This document shows, piece by piece, positions 29,074 through 39,182 of a DNA stretch of 64,000 bases. The translations under genes and the position numbers were made by a program. Location of the stretch: contig CAYSCM010000001.1 in the NCBI GenBank assembly GCA_964429815.1, positions 64,001-128,000 on the forward strand, written 5' to 3'. Positions within the stretch are counted from its first letter, which is position 1. The number at the start of each line of letters is the position of its first letter. The notes below the pieces were generated by a model, which was not told the DNA's origin, ran no database searches, and worked only from the letters and a program-made list of their open reading frames with translations. This DNA comes from an uncultured Candidatus Saccharibacteria bacterium. GTDB lineage: Bacteria; Patescibacteriota; Minisyncoccia; Phycocordibacterales; CAYSCM01.

Positions 29074-29119
29074 TCGGAATGAGAACGGGTGTTTCCCCGC
29101 CGCCAAACCACCAGATTAT
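29074..29119 (-). repeat. 46-nt perfect direct repeat of the 5S 5' half (partial 5S copy) in the 23S-5S spacer
   Basis: 29074-29119 is identical to 28980-29025. Confidence 0.6.
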
Positions 29120-30388
29120 GAGATTCAAAAAGTCGGGTTCGGCAGCCGACTTCCTCGATAGGATGAGGAAGATCGGCTGCCGCCCGCGCAAGGACGTGAG
29201 CAGTTGAGCGGGGCGCTCCTCCCGAGCGGCCACCATTCCCATCGCAGTGCTAAAGCGCTTCTTAGAATGGTCGCGGAGGGCGACACCATTCCAGCTCCGC
29301 AAAGGGTCCGTGCACGCTTCTTTCCCACGTCCGAAAAGCGAAAACAAAGAACTTAACGTTTCGAAGCGTCCGAAATCCGGGTAGATTTCGGCCACCAGTA
29401 AAACGTCAAGCGGGTTAAAAAAGTAACGAAAATCATATTCAATCAATTGCGACATGCAGATTCCCTGACAGGAAACTCGACGTATTAGTACGCCTCGGCT
29501 CAATCCGTTGCCGGACTTCCACCTGGCGCCTATCAACGTAATAGTCTCTTACGGGTCTCAACGAGTCCTCATCTCAGAGTTGGCTTCTTGCTTAGATGCT
29601 TTCAGCAATTATCCATGCCGAACTTAGCTACGCAGCGTGCTTCTGGCGAAACAGCTGCCACACCAGAGGTTCGTCCATTCCGGTCCTCTCGTACTAGGAA
29701 CAGATCTCTTCAAGACTCAACGCCCATGGTAGATAGGAGACCAACCTGTCTCACGACGGTTTGAACCCAGCTCGCGTATCTTTTTAATTGGCGAACAGCC
29801 AAACCCTTGGGACCTTCTCCAGCCCCAGGATAAGATGAGCCGACATCGAGGTGCCGAACGGTACCGTCGCTATGGACGCTTGGGTACCACTAGCCTGTTA
29901 TCCCCAGAGTAGCTTTTGTCCGATAATCTTCCCCCGCATCTAATGCGTAAGGTCGGTTCACTTTGCTCCGCTTTCGCGCCTGCTCGGCATGTACGCCTTA
30001 CAGTCAAGCTCCCTTTTGCCAATACACTATCGGCACGGTTTCCATTCGCGCCTAGGGAACCTTAATAGACTCCTCCGTTACTCTTTAGGAGGATAGCGCC
30101 CCACTAAAACTGCCTGCCATGCAGTGTCCCTCATCGTTTTTGCCGACGAGGTTAGAGACTATATGTTGTCAGGATGGTATTTCACTGGCGAGTCCACACT
30201 CCCCGGAAGGAATGCTTCAACCTCTCCCATCTATGCTGCGCAGAAAAAACATAGCCCCACTACAAAGCTACAGTAAAGCTTCTGGGGTCTTTTCGTCTAA
30301 CCACGGGTAACCGGCATCTTCACCGGTATTGTATTTTCACCAGGCTGATCCTCGAGACAGTCCCCCAGTCGTTACACCATTCGTGCAC

Positions 30389-30428
<40 letters not shown>

Positions 30429-31156
30429 GATTATAGTTATCGCCGACATTCACCAGGGCTTGCATAGCCCAGCACTACACATAAATGCATAGCACCATCC
30501 ATGCTTGACCTTCTGGCATTGGTCAGGTGTCACCCCCTATACATCCTCTTACGAGTTCGCAGGGAGCTGTGTTTTTGGTAAACAGTCGCCAGGAGTACTT
30601 TCGCTGCGGCCCCGCCGACTTGCGTCGAAAGGGCAGGCCTTATTGCTAACGTACGGCCGCTTTTTTGCCGAGTTCCTTGAGGATCAATCACCTGTTCGCC
30701 TTGGTCTACTCGACCTGACCACCTGTGTCGGATTACGGTACGGTCTCGTGTTTGTTATGCTTAGAGATTTTTCTTGGAAGCGTGCTCCCATGCGTAAATC
30801 CTCCGTAGAGGATCTCCCCGTGATGCTCGGACTTGCGACTCCCGGATTTTCCTAGAAGTCATCCTCACACCCCAGACACCAATCCAATAAGATGCGCATA
30901 GTACAACCCTTCGTCCTCTCATCGCACAAACACAAGGTCATGGAATATTAACCATGCATCCATTAGGTACGGCTTTCGCCATCCCCTTAGGACCGACTAA
31001 CCCTTGGCTGATCTTCATCGCCAAGGAAACCTTGGTCTTTCGGCGTGGGGGAGTCTCACCCCCATTGTGGTTACTCGTGCCGGCATTCTCACTTCGCAAC
31101 GCTCCACGCTCAGTTACCCTCGCGCTTCATGGCGGATGCGAACGCTCTCCTACCGC

Positions 31157-31340
31157 GTTATGTGTTTCGTTGAGGAGCCGAGGATGGCTCCTCGGCTATT
31201 AGTCTTCTTCGTCGTTATAGATGAACGGTATAGGTCCAAACATTGACCAGACCGCGACCGCAATGACGTAGATTGCAAACCAGTCGTCTTCCAACATGGC
31301 TTCACCTCTTTTGTACTTTCCTCAACGAAACACACAACAC
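31157..31340 (-). other. 23S rRNA intervening sequence (IVS) in helix 45: ~184-nt insertion closed by a 20-bp stem
   Basis: gttatgtgtttcgttgagga (31157-31176) pairs with tcctcaacgaaacacacaac (31319-31338). Located immediately 5' of the conserved GGGUAGGAGAGCGUUC, the classical helix-45 IVS site. Confidence 0.65.
31199..31297 (-). CDS. 32-aa hydrophobic peptide ORF inside the 23S IVS (MLEDDWFAIYVIAVAVWSMFGPIPFIYNDEED)
   Basis: ATG preceded by AAAGAGGUG at a 6-nt spacing. Single predicted TM helix. Not in the ORF track (<60 aa). Confidence 0.3.
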   Translation of the reverse strand: MLEDDWFAIYVIAVAVWSMFGPIPFIYNDEED

Positions 31341-31417
31341 CCTCAGTTTCGGTACAACGCTTAAGCCCCGATTATTTCCGGCGCAAGATCTCTCGATGAG
31401 TGAGCTGTTACGCTTTC

Positions 31418-31449
<32 letters not shown>

Positions 31450-32106
31450 TCATTGTCAGAGAAATTTCACCTCCTTAAGATGCACTGAGCGTTGATTTTG
31501 GGACCTTAACTTGAGATCTAGGCTCTTCCCTTTTTGACCACCGGAGCTTAGCCCCCGGAGTCTAACTGCGTGGTAGTGGAGAACGGTATTTGGAGTTTGA
31601 TAGGATTGACGAGCTTTCGCCCTATTCAATCCTTCCAGTGCTCTACCCCCGTTCTATAAACCACACGCCAGCCCAAAAGCTGTTTCGGAGAGAACCAGCT
31701 ATTACCAGGTTCGATAAGCTTTTCACTCCAACCCACAAGTCATCCGAATGCGTTGAACGACATACCGGTTCGGGCCTCCCCACTCCTTTCGGAGTGGTTC
31801 ACCCTGCTCATGGGTAGCTCACCTGGCTTCGGGTCGTATACGCGCTACTTAGTCGCGCTATTCACACTCGCTTTCGCTACGGCTTCGTCCGACAAAGGAC
31901 TTAGCCTCGCAACGCGCATACACTCGCCGGCTCATTCTTCAATAGGCACGCGGTCACCCGGAAGGATAGAAGCACCCAAGACTAGCCGATGGGTCGTTGC
32001 GGACGCATTGACCCTGTCGAACATGCTTCGATGCTTGTACCCTCCCAGGCTCCCACTCCTTGTAAGCATAGGGGTTCAGGTCTATTTCACTGCCCTCACC
32101 GGGCTT

Positions 32107-32146
<40 letters not shown>

Positions 32147-33192
32147 TTTGAGAATATTTAGCTTTACCGGTCAGTTCCGGCAGGTTCACCCAAGCTAACC
32201 GTGTCTTGGGCTACTCAAGAACAGAAACAAAGAAGAGTCATCATTTTCGTGTACGGGACTGTTACCCCCTGGGGTTTCGCGTTCCAGCGAATTCCACTAA
32301 CAATGACTTTTGTAACTTCTCTTGCATAAATGCAACGTCTCTGCCTTACAACCCCCACTCTCTTGCGAGAATAGGTTTGAGCTCATCCCTCTTCGCTCGC
32401 CGCTACTAAGGGAATTCCAAGAATTTCTCATACGTGGGACGCAGAGACGTCACACATATGAAAAATTCGTTATTGGTTTTTCTTCCTCCAGGTACTGAGA
32501 TGTTTCACTTCCCTGGGTGCGCATCACACACATACGTGTGGATTCTCATCGTAGATGAGAGAGTTTCCTCATTCGGAGATCTCCGGATCAAAGGTTGCTT
32601 AGCACCTCCCCGAAGCTTATCGCAGCTAGGCTACGTCCTTCATCGCTTCTCAAAGCCAAGGCATCCGCCCTATGCTCTTAGGTTTCCTGTCCGGAAACCT
32701 GCAAACCACAATTGTTTGATTGATTTTGATTACTTTACATTACCCACCTCGATTCTCCTTCGAAGAAACGAGGTTCGAATCACGTGATTTGGGTCACGCG
32801 ATTCTCCCACCTCAAACACCCAAAGACCCCAATTTTCGCACATGGGATACGATGTTTTGATGGAATGCAGTTTTCAAAGACTCACACGTGCTCTTGAATT
32901 ATGGAACTTCGCTCCATGCTTCCTTCGCTCGTCCGGAAATGAGAATGCGATTCTCGTTTCTCTCACTTCGCTAGGAAGTAAAAAATCCGCTCTGAAGCGG
33001 ACCGTTGGCTAACCGTATACACGGAATTACCCCCGCCGCTTGCTTTTAAAGCTGATCGAATAATTCATACACGTGGGGAGAGTATATGCCGGAGAGCCCT
33101 ACCTTGTCAAACCGAGGCTGTACTGAGAAAACACCAAGGAAAAGGGCCGCCTTGGGGGCGACCCTGCGCGCGAGCAAGATTCAGCGAGATCC

Positions 33193-33663
33193 TTAGGCCA
33201 ACGCCAAGGACCCTTGTCGCTCGCCTTGAAGTTCGGTGTAGAACTCGTGAGTGCGCCTCGCAAGCGCTCGATCCCAGGCCCGCGTGAGGGCGCCAAATGG
33301 GATGAGATTGTCTTCCATGAACGCGAGCGAGACAGGGTTGACGTCGTGGAGCACGCCGCCAGACTCGAGCTGCCGATTGTAGCTGCCTTCGAGCTGTCCC
33401 ATCATGCAAACCGAGTCGTACTGAATGTCGAGAAGACGCCGATTGACGATGCCTTCCCAGTTGCCGCGACCGTAAGTGCGGTCGAGAAACTCCATACCCT
33501 GGCCCACGCGCCTATCTGCCAGAATATCTACGATGTTTGGTGTCGGCTCGAGGCCGAACAGCCCTCCAAGGAAACTGCCTAGCATTTCGTTTCTCCTGCC
33601 TACATCGCCCCGTGCGATGCTTCTTATCGCATTGTAAAAGCGGTCCATTGTCGCGTCAAACAC
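33193..33663 (-). CDS. hypothetical protein
   Basis: 156-aa ORF immediately upstream of the 23S promoter region. No recognisable motifs. Possible start at MDRFYNAI (33648). Confidence 0.4.
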   Translation of the reverse strand: MFDATMDRFYNAIRSIARGDVGRRNEMLGSFLGGLFGLEPTPNIVDILADRRVGQGMEFLDRTYGRGNWEGIVNRRLLDIQYDSVCMMGQLEGSYNRQLESGGVLHDVNPVSLAFMEDNLIPFGALTRAWDRALARRTHEFYTELQGERQGSLALA

Positions 33664-33709
33664 AAAACCGCCTGCATCGCAGGCGGTTTTGCATTAGAGA
33701 TGTTGGCGA

Positions 33710-34402
33710 CTATTTTCCTCGTGCGGCGATCTCTTCGCGCACGCGATCGATGTAGCGACCCGCAGCTGCCTGCCCTCCGAGACCGAAGGAGAGGCCGAGC
33801 GCTAGCGCGATCGCGACGACGACACCCGTGAAGAGAGTCTGGACGAACGCGGTCGCGACCTGGAGCTGATCAAGTGCGGCAAGCACCGCGAAGATCCAGA
33901 TGGACCAACGAGCCATCGTGCCGAGGAAGCGGGCCGAGTGCATTTCGGCGGCTTTGGCGGCCCCTGTGACGAGCGATTGCACGACCTGCGCAATGACAGC
34001 GGCCACCAACAATATCAGGACCGCGACGATCACCTGCGGGAGGTAGGAGAGCACCACATCACGCAAGAATGCGTTGACTTGAGTGAGGCCGAGCACCTCG
34101 AGGGAGGCGACGAGGAAGACGACAATGACGAACCACTTCACGAGACCCCCGAGGAAGGCTCCCGAGTCGAGTGAAAAGCCCGCACGAGAGAGCACTTCAT
34201 CGAAACCAGCCGACTTGAGGGCCTGGTCGACGCGCGCCGCGCGCACAATTTGTGCGACGATGCGACCAAGGCCTGCGCCCACGAGCCATCCGATGATGAA
34301 GATGACCAGAGCGACGATGAGGCTCGGTATGTAGCTGATCACTCCTGCGGAAAGTTCCTGGAATGACTGAGTGAGTACCGTAGCCCACGTATTAAGAAGC
34401 AT
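33710..34402 (-). CDS. membrane protein with conserved TM-helix repeats (MscS N-terminal-like)
   Basis: 230 aa. Repeated amphipathic or TM segments (LVKWFVIVVFLVASLEVLGL..., VIVAVLILLVAAVIAQVVQSLV). Resembles the TM_helix repeat family. Confidence 0.5.
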   Translation of the reverse strand: MLLNTWATVLTQSFQELSAGVISYIPSLIVALVIFIIGWLVGAGLGRIVAQIVRAARVDQALKSAGFDEVLSRAGFSLDSGAFLGGLVKWFVIVVFLVASLEVLGLTQVNAFLRDVVLSYLPQVIVAVLILLVAAVIAQVVQSLVTGAAKAAEMHSARFLGTMARWSIWIFAVLAALDQLQVATAFVQTLFTGVVVAIALALGLSFGLGGQAAAGRYIDRVREEIAARGK

Positions 34403-34561
34403 GTGTATCCGTACTTAAGTAGTTGCTAATGGTGGCGCGAAACGACGCTCCGCGCGCGTGTTGTAATCGAACTGCGGTGTATCTTCATTTTAGCACCTGC
34501 GAAACGGCGCAATGAACGAACGTGTGGAAATGCGAGTCGCTAACGAGGGCTTTCTTGGGCC

Positions 34562-35209
34562 TTATTTTGATGTCTGCTGCAGAGTAGACTCGCTGAGACC
34601 GAATCGATCGACGACGGCGCGATGCGGGTAGTCGAGCACGTCACGCACCAGACGGTCGTAGACGGAGAGGCGGTACTTGAAATCGCTCGTCGAGAAAACC
34701 GCGTAGCGGATCTCTCGGCCTATCTCGCTCTCGAGCCGGCGGATGGCACGCTCGAGAATGCGACGCTTCAAAGCGTCGCCGACGATGAGAATATCGACGC
34801 GGCTGTCGAAATCCTTGAGAAAAATGCCCGCGATGACGACGAACTTGAGCTTCCCCACTCCCGAGAGGCGCTTCATGATATCGGCTTCCTTCACCGGTGA
34901 GGTGTTAAGGAGGAAGCTGCCGAGCGCTTGAAGGTATGGGAAGCGCTCTTCGAGCACAATTCCCTTCACGCGTCGGCGCACTTCGATCTTCTTGCCTCCC
35001 TTTTTCTCAATGACGTCCTTGTAGAATGTTTTGCTCTTGATGAGCCCCGCTGCCCGAAGAAGATTCACCTCGACGCGGATTATCTTCTCGGGCACTTTCG
35101 TACGCGATGCGATATCGCCCAGCTCGTAGACGATGCGGGGATTGAAGACAAAGAGACGGATTACTTTCACGCGAGCTCCCGAGCCGAAGAGTTTACCGAG
35201 GATTTCCAT
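34562..35209 (-). CDS. hypothetical protein with N-terminal winged-helix-like domain
   Basis: 215-aa basic protein, MEILGKLFGSGARVKVIRLFV.... Confidence 0.4.
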   Translation of the reverse strand: MEILGKLFGSGARVKVIRLFVFNPRIVYELGDIASRTKVPEKIIRVEVNLLRAAGLIKSKTFYKDVIEKKGGKKIEVRRRVKGIVLEERFPYLQALGSFLLNTSPVKEADIMKRLSGVGKLKFVVIAGIFLKDFDSRVDILIVGDALKRRILERAIRRLESEIGREIRYAVFSTSDFKYRLSVYDRLVRDVLDYPHRAVVDRFGLSESTLQQTSK

Positions 35210-35249
35210 GGAGTAATTTTAGCATAGAGCTCTTCCCCAGGCGCAAGCA

Positions 35250-35276
35250 AAAATCGCCCCGGTGGGGCGATTTTTG
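35250..35276. terminator. intrinsic terminator (AAAAUCGCCCCGGUGGGGCGAUUUUUG), second of a tandem pair after rplL
   Basis: 9-bp stem with A/U tracts on both sides. Confidence 0.65.
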
Positions 35277-35287
35277 TGGTGTGGGTA

Positions 35288-35314
35288 CAAAAACCCCGCA
35301 GCGCGGGGTTTTTG
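35288..35314. terminator. intrinsic terminator (CAAAAACCCCGCAGCGCGGGGUUUUUG), first of a tandem pair after rplL
   Basis: 8-bp GC stem with A/U tracts on both sides. Confidence 0.65.
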
Positions 35315-35448
35315 TACGAAAGCGTAACTTCGCCACGTGTTTTCTATTCGCCGTCGCTCATAGAAACCCACGGCCCCACCTCACTTCTGAGCCTAGCTAG
35401 GCTCAGCCTGCGGGCGTTCCGGTCGAAAAGTGCTCGAAAATAACTTTG

Positions 35449-35862
35449 TTATTTTAGTGTCACTTTTCCTCCAGCCGCTTCAATTTTCTTTTTGATCTCT
35501 TCTGCCTCTTCTTTCTTGACGCCTTCCTTAAGTTTGGAAGGGGCGCCGTCGACGAGGTCCTTCGCCTCTTTGAGTCCGAGCGCAAGAATTTCTTTGACCA
35601 CCTTGATGACCTGAATCTTCTGAGCGCCCCCATCGGTGAGCTCGATAATGAAGAGGGATTTTTCTTCTGCTGCCTCGCCGCCGCTTGCTCCTGGTGCTGC
35701 CGCAGCCGCGACCGCCGCCGCCGAGACGCCGAATTTCTTCTCAAGCGTCTTTACGAGCTCGTGGAGATCGAGGACCGACATGGTCTCGATCTCTGATATG
35801 AGTTTCTGGAACTTTGCAGGGACTTCAACTGCCTCTGCGGTGACTACTGTTTCATCTGCCAT
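35449..35862 (-). CDS. rplL: 50S ribosomal protein L7/L12
   Basis: 137 aa. N-terminal dimerisation helix, Ala-rich hinge ([20 protein letters not shown]), and C-terminal domain [27 protein letters not shown]. Confidence 0.95.
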   Translation of the reverse strand: MADETVVTAEAVEVPAKFQKLISEIETMSVLDLHELVKTLEKKFGVSAAAVAAAAAPGASGGEAAEEKSLFIIELTDGGAQKIQVIKVVKEILALGLKEAKDLVDGAPSKLKEGVKKEEAEEIKKKIEAAGGKVTLK

Positions 35863-35927
35863 AGATTTTGTAGTTAAGCCCTAAAGCGCTACGCGCTCGG
35901 GCAAGCCGATTCTTTAGGCGATCCGCC

Positions 35928-36419
35928 TTAGGCGGATTTAGCCTTCGCAATCTCGTTGAGAGCGATCACGAAGCGCTGAATCGGCGAGTTGATAAGATTG
36001 ACGAACATTCCATGAAGTACTGGTGTCGGGGGAATGGTGGCGATAGCCATCATCTCTTCCTTTCCTTTGAACGCACCTTTAAAGATACCCCCCACGATCG
36101 CGAGATTTTCCTTGAACTTCTTCGCAAACTGAAAGACCTCGCGCGCGGGGGCGACAGCGTCCGCGCCATAGGCGAGGGCTATCTCTCCTTCGAGCTTGGG
36201 CATTTCTCCTTCGTACTTCCCTTTTTCAAGGGCCTTGCGCACAAGCGTCTTTTTTGCGACGGTATAGCCTATCCCCGCGCTGCGGAGCGTCCTGCGCATC
36301 GCGGTCGTGTCCGCGACTGTGAGTCCCTTGAAGTGGACGAACGCGATAGATTCCGCGTTTTTAGCGATTTCCTCAACTCTCTTGAGGACATCGCCTTTCT
36401 TCTTTTTGCTGATTGCCAT
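35928..36419 (-). CDS. rplJ: 50S ribosomal protein L10
   Basis: 163 aa starting MAISKKKKGDVLKRVEEIAKNAESIAFVHFKGLTV. The ORF-track N-terminal extension to 36782 is spurious. Confidence 0.9.
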   Translation of the reverse strand: MAISKKKKGDVLKRVEEIAKNAESIAFVHFKGLTVADTTAMRRTLRSAGIGYTVAKKTLVRKALEKGKYEGEMPKLEGEIALAYGADAVAPAREVFQFAKKFKENLAIVGGIFKGAFKGKEEMMAIATIPPTPVLHGMFVNLINSPIQRFVIALNEIAKAKSA

Positions 36420-36534
36420 TTTTAGAAATAAAAAAGGCCAGTTAATCCCGGCTGAGTTCGACCACTGCGCAGGTACCTGTCGGATTATCCCTTTCTTAGG
36501 GGCCCTGCGGTCCTTGAGGCCAGGTGGGCTGATA

Positions 36535-37056
36535 TTAGCGAGGAAGCGAGGAGGAGTCAAATGTCTCGCCCTCCCCCGCCTCCTGCTTGAGGCGCTCTGC
36601 GCGCCAGCCGACCATATTGGCAAGAAGCTGGAAGAGGGTACCGACCGCGGAGATGGCAAGGACAAAAATCGGGAACCACGCAAAGGGAGTGAGGAAGTAG
36701 AAGAAGCAGATGAAAAGACCCGCCCAGATCCCGAAGCACCACGGACACGCGAGGAGCTCGGCGATGGTGCGCCGCGGCCCATGGGCGGGCTTCTCCCGCA
36801 CGATGACGTACTCCCCCTCCTCGGTCTGTCCTATCTCCTTATCCAAAAACCAGTCCCGGACGAACTGGGTTATTTTGTCGTAGACGAAGAGACGTGTCGC
36901 GCGGAACGTCGCGAGCGCGATGAGTATCGCATCGAACAAAGAAACGGAGACAGGCAAAAGGTCGATCTTGTAGAGGATGTAGCCAAGCCCAAAGAAAACG
37001 ACGCCAAAAAAGAGCGTGAAGATAAAGTTCCAGAACCCCTGGTCATCTTGGTACAT
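36535..37056 (-). CDS. DUF1360 domain-containing membrane protein
   Basis: 173 aa. LLACPWCFGIWAGLF motif characteristic of DUF1360. 4 TM segments. Confidence 0.75.
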   Translation of the reverse strand: MYQDDQGFWNFIFTLFFGVVFFGLGYILYKIDLLPVSVSLFDAILIALATFRATRLFVYDKITQFVRDWFLDKEIGQTEEGEYVIVREKPAHGPRRTIAELLACPWCFGIWAGLFICFFYFLTPFAWFPIFVLAISAVGTLFQLLANMVGWRAERLKQEAGEGETFDSSSLPR

Positions 37057-37059
37057 GCC

Positions 37060-37212
37060 CGTATATTAACGTAAAAACGCCTTTGCTGCCGCCGCTTCCT
37101 GTCGCAGAGCTTTGCTCTCATCGAGATAACCGACGACAAAGATGACGCCGAAGGAGAGAAGAAGGATGAGCGCAAATCCGAACAAAAACTTAAAAAAAGA
37201 CGTATTGAACAT
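37060..37212 (-). CDS. small hydrophobic peptide (50 aa, MFNTSFFKFLFGFALILLLSFGVIFVVGYLDESKALRQEAAAAKAFLR)
   Basis: Short ORF read from the reverse complement, between the beta-lactamase-like gene and the DUF1360 gene. Single TM. Not in the ORF track. Confidence 0.3.
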
Positions 37213-37266
37213 CGCTTGTCTTCCCCACTAGTATACCCGGGAAAACCAAGTCCAAAAATCCGATTC

Positions 37267-38286
37267 TCATTGGGCGATTTCGGTTGTCCGATTATACACC
37301 AGTTTCGCGATATTTTGAATGGTCGTGGCTAAGTCCGAAAAATCCTTTCCCTTGGTCATAATACATATAAGGTACGAATTTTCCTTAGCATACACAATGC
37401 CGCAGTCATGGAGGTTCCGCTCGACGATATCTCCCGCGGGAGTGAAAACCGTGCGCTCCCCAAACTTTTGTGCCACCTTGATGTCTTGGGGCACCGCTGC
37501 CTTGATCCCCTGGGTAAAATCCGGTGCCGTAAGAAACTCCATCGCCTTTTGCGAATATTCAGGGGTCAAATAGGTTGCGTTGTAGAGGACTCGGAAGAAA
37601 TATGAATACTGCTTTGCTGAGATAATGGTGACCGTTGGGCTATCGGCATAGGGCAGGGTGAGTCCAAGGTCAGTATACACTTCCGCAAGCGTTTTGAGAT
37701 CAATGTTTTCATCGAGAAGATGGGTCGCATTGTTATCCGAATTTTCAATCATCGCCTGAATAAGATCGATGATTTGGTAATTGCCTGGTTTTAGTTCGTT
37801 GGGAGAGCGAAATTGTTCCTTCGCGTTGTCATCGAATGAACCGTCGTAGGTGACTACCCTCGTAAGAATGCTCGGGTCGGTTTCGGCCTTCTTAAAATAG
37901 GCGATCATGAGCGGAACCTTGAGCAGGCTTGCAGGTGCGAACGGTTCGTTTTCGTCGATACCAAGCCATGAACCTTTAAGTCCTCGCACGTACACCGAGA
38001 CCTTATCGACTTTCCCCGCCGAAACCTGCTCGTCTATATAATGTTCGATCTCGCTCCGTAGTGACGTGGTTTGTGCCAAGTCATTGTTTTCATAGGTCGG
38101 GCACAAAAGGAGCGGCGATATGAGAGAGTACTTCCCCGTTTGCCGGATAGATGGTTCAACCTGTTCTTGACCGAGAGCAGGAGCCAGCGAAACAAAACCA
38201 ATGTGCAGGAAAAAACCCGCAAAAAGCCCCGCGAGAACAAGGGCAATTGGAGGAATTTTCAAGAGCGTGAAGGAGCGTATATTCAT
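37267..38286 (-). CDS. membrane-anchored class-A beta-lactamase-like serine hydrolase
   Basis: Start MNIRSFTLLKIPPIALVLAG (TM anchor). SxxK as ASLLK, SDN as ENSDNNA, KTG-like KFG. Beta-lactamase2-type fold. Confidence 0.7.
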   Translation of the reverse strand: MNIRSFTLLKIPPIALVLAGLFAGFFLHIGFVSLAPALGQEQVEPSIRQTGKYSLISPLLLCPTYENNDLAQTTSLRSEIEHYIDEQVSAGKVDKVSVYVRGLKGSWLGIDENEPFAPASLLKVPLMIAYFKKAETDPSILTRVVTYDGSFDDNAKEQFRSPNELKPGNYQIIDLIQAMIENSDNNATHLLDENIDLKTLAEVYTDLGLTLPYADSPTVTIISAKQYSYFFRVLYNATYLTPEYSQKAMEFLTAPDFTQGIKAAVPQDIKVAQKFGERTVFTPAGDIVERNLHDCGIVYAKENSYLICIMTKGKDFSDLATTIQNIAKLVYNRTTEIAQ

Positions 38287-38290
38287 GCCG

Positions 38291-39085
38291 CTACAGCGTT
38301 GCCTCTTCCGCTTTAATCTCCTGCGCAAGATCAGTCTTCCCAAGACGCACCGCCGTCGCATAGGCATTGCTGTACGCCGCAGCGGCATCCGCCATGCGCC
38401 CGAGGCTCTTGTAGTAGCGCGCAAGAATGATCCGCAGATCAATGGTGTCGGGTGCAGCGATAATTCCCTGTTTTAAGATGTCCTCCGGTGCGCCTGCCCC
38501 CCTCTTGTACAGAGTCGAATACAGCTGAAAAAGACCGCGGTACGCATTGGTGTCAGCTGCGTTAAGCGCAATTACTTTTTTGTAGTAACCTTCTGCTCTT
38601 GCATAGTCTCTAAGGAAGTTCGTGTAGAGGTCAGCAAGGTTATACAGCGGTGTCGCATTTTTTGGTGCCAGCGCCGTGACATATTCCCATGCGATCCGGG
38701 CCCCTTCATAATCTTCAGCAATTTTGCGCACCGTCCCGAGGCTCGTCCACGCGCCGGCATCCTGCGGGTTTTTAACGAGCATTTGCTCAAACTGGCCTGC
38801 GGCCTTTTGAATTGCATCTTTCTGGTCTTGAGAGAACGAGGCGGAAAGGGTGAGTGGCCGGTTTATTTGAGGCGTTGGAGGGAGTTTAGTCGTAGGGATC
38901 ACCGAAACGGTATAACTGTCGCCGGAGGTGGTAAGGCCCTGGGTCGACGTGGAAAAATCTATCGTTGGAGTGCTTGTGGACTGGGCGGTATCGCTGGAGG
39001 GGGATCGAAAGAACACAAAACCTCCGAGAATGAGGAGCGCAAAGGCAACTCCAATCGCGAGTGCTCGCGAGTTTTTCAAATTCAT
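38291..39085 (-). CDS. signal-anchored TPR-repeat protein
   Basis: Start MNLKNSRALAIGVAFALLILGG. C-terminal half has TPR-like repeats (AWTSLGTV..., YNLADLY..., YRGLFQLY..., ARYYKSLGRMADA). Confidence 0.65.
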   Translation of the reverse strand: MNLKNSRALAIGVAFALLILGGFVFFRSPSSDTAQSTSTPTIDFSTSTQGLTTSGDSYTVSVIPTTKLPPTPQINRPLTLSASFSQDQKDAIQKAAGQFEQMLVKNPQDAGAWTSLGTVRKIAEDYEGARIAWEYVTALAPKNATPLYNLADLYTNFLRDYARAEGYYKKVIALNAADTNAYRGLFQLYSTLYKRGAGAPEDILKQGIIAAPDTIDLRIILARYYKSLGRMADAAAAYSNAYATAVRLGKTDLAQEIKAEEATL

Positions 39086-39182
39086 TACGCTAGAATACAC
39101 CAGAGGCACGAAACACAAAACCCCACTCATATGAGTGGGGTTTTGTGTTTCGTCGTTGTCTCCGACGAAGCTAACCAGGAGG

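Noticed and set aside
32716-33192. Possible tRNA-Ala or other tRNA upstream of the 23S, prompted by a ggttcgaatc string at ~32772
   Set aside because: No acceptor, D or anticodon stems can be built around it on either strand. It is treated as the 23S leader and processing-stem region.
35928-36782. N-terminal 121-aa extension of the L10 ORF (MGRGAPSPSSS..., Ser/Arg/Pro-rich)
   Set aside because: L10 homology begins at MAISKKKKG (36419). The extension overlaps the DUF1360 gene's 3' end and the leader hairpin, and is low-complexity.
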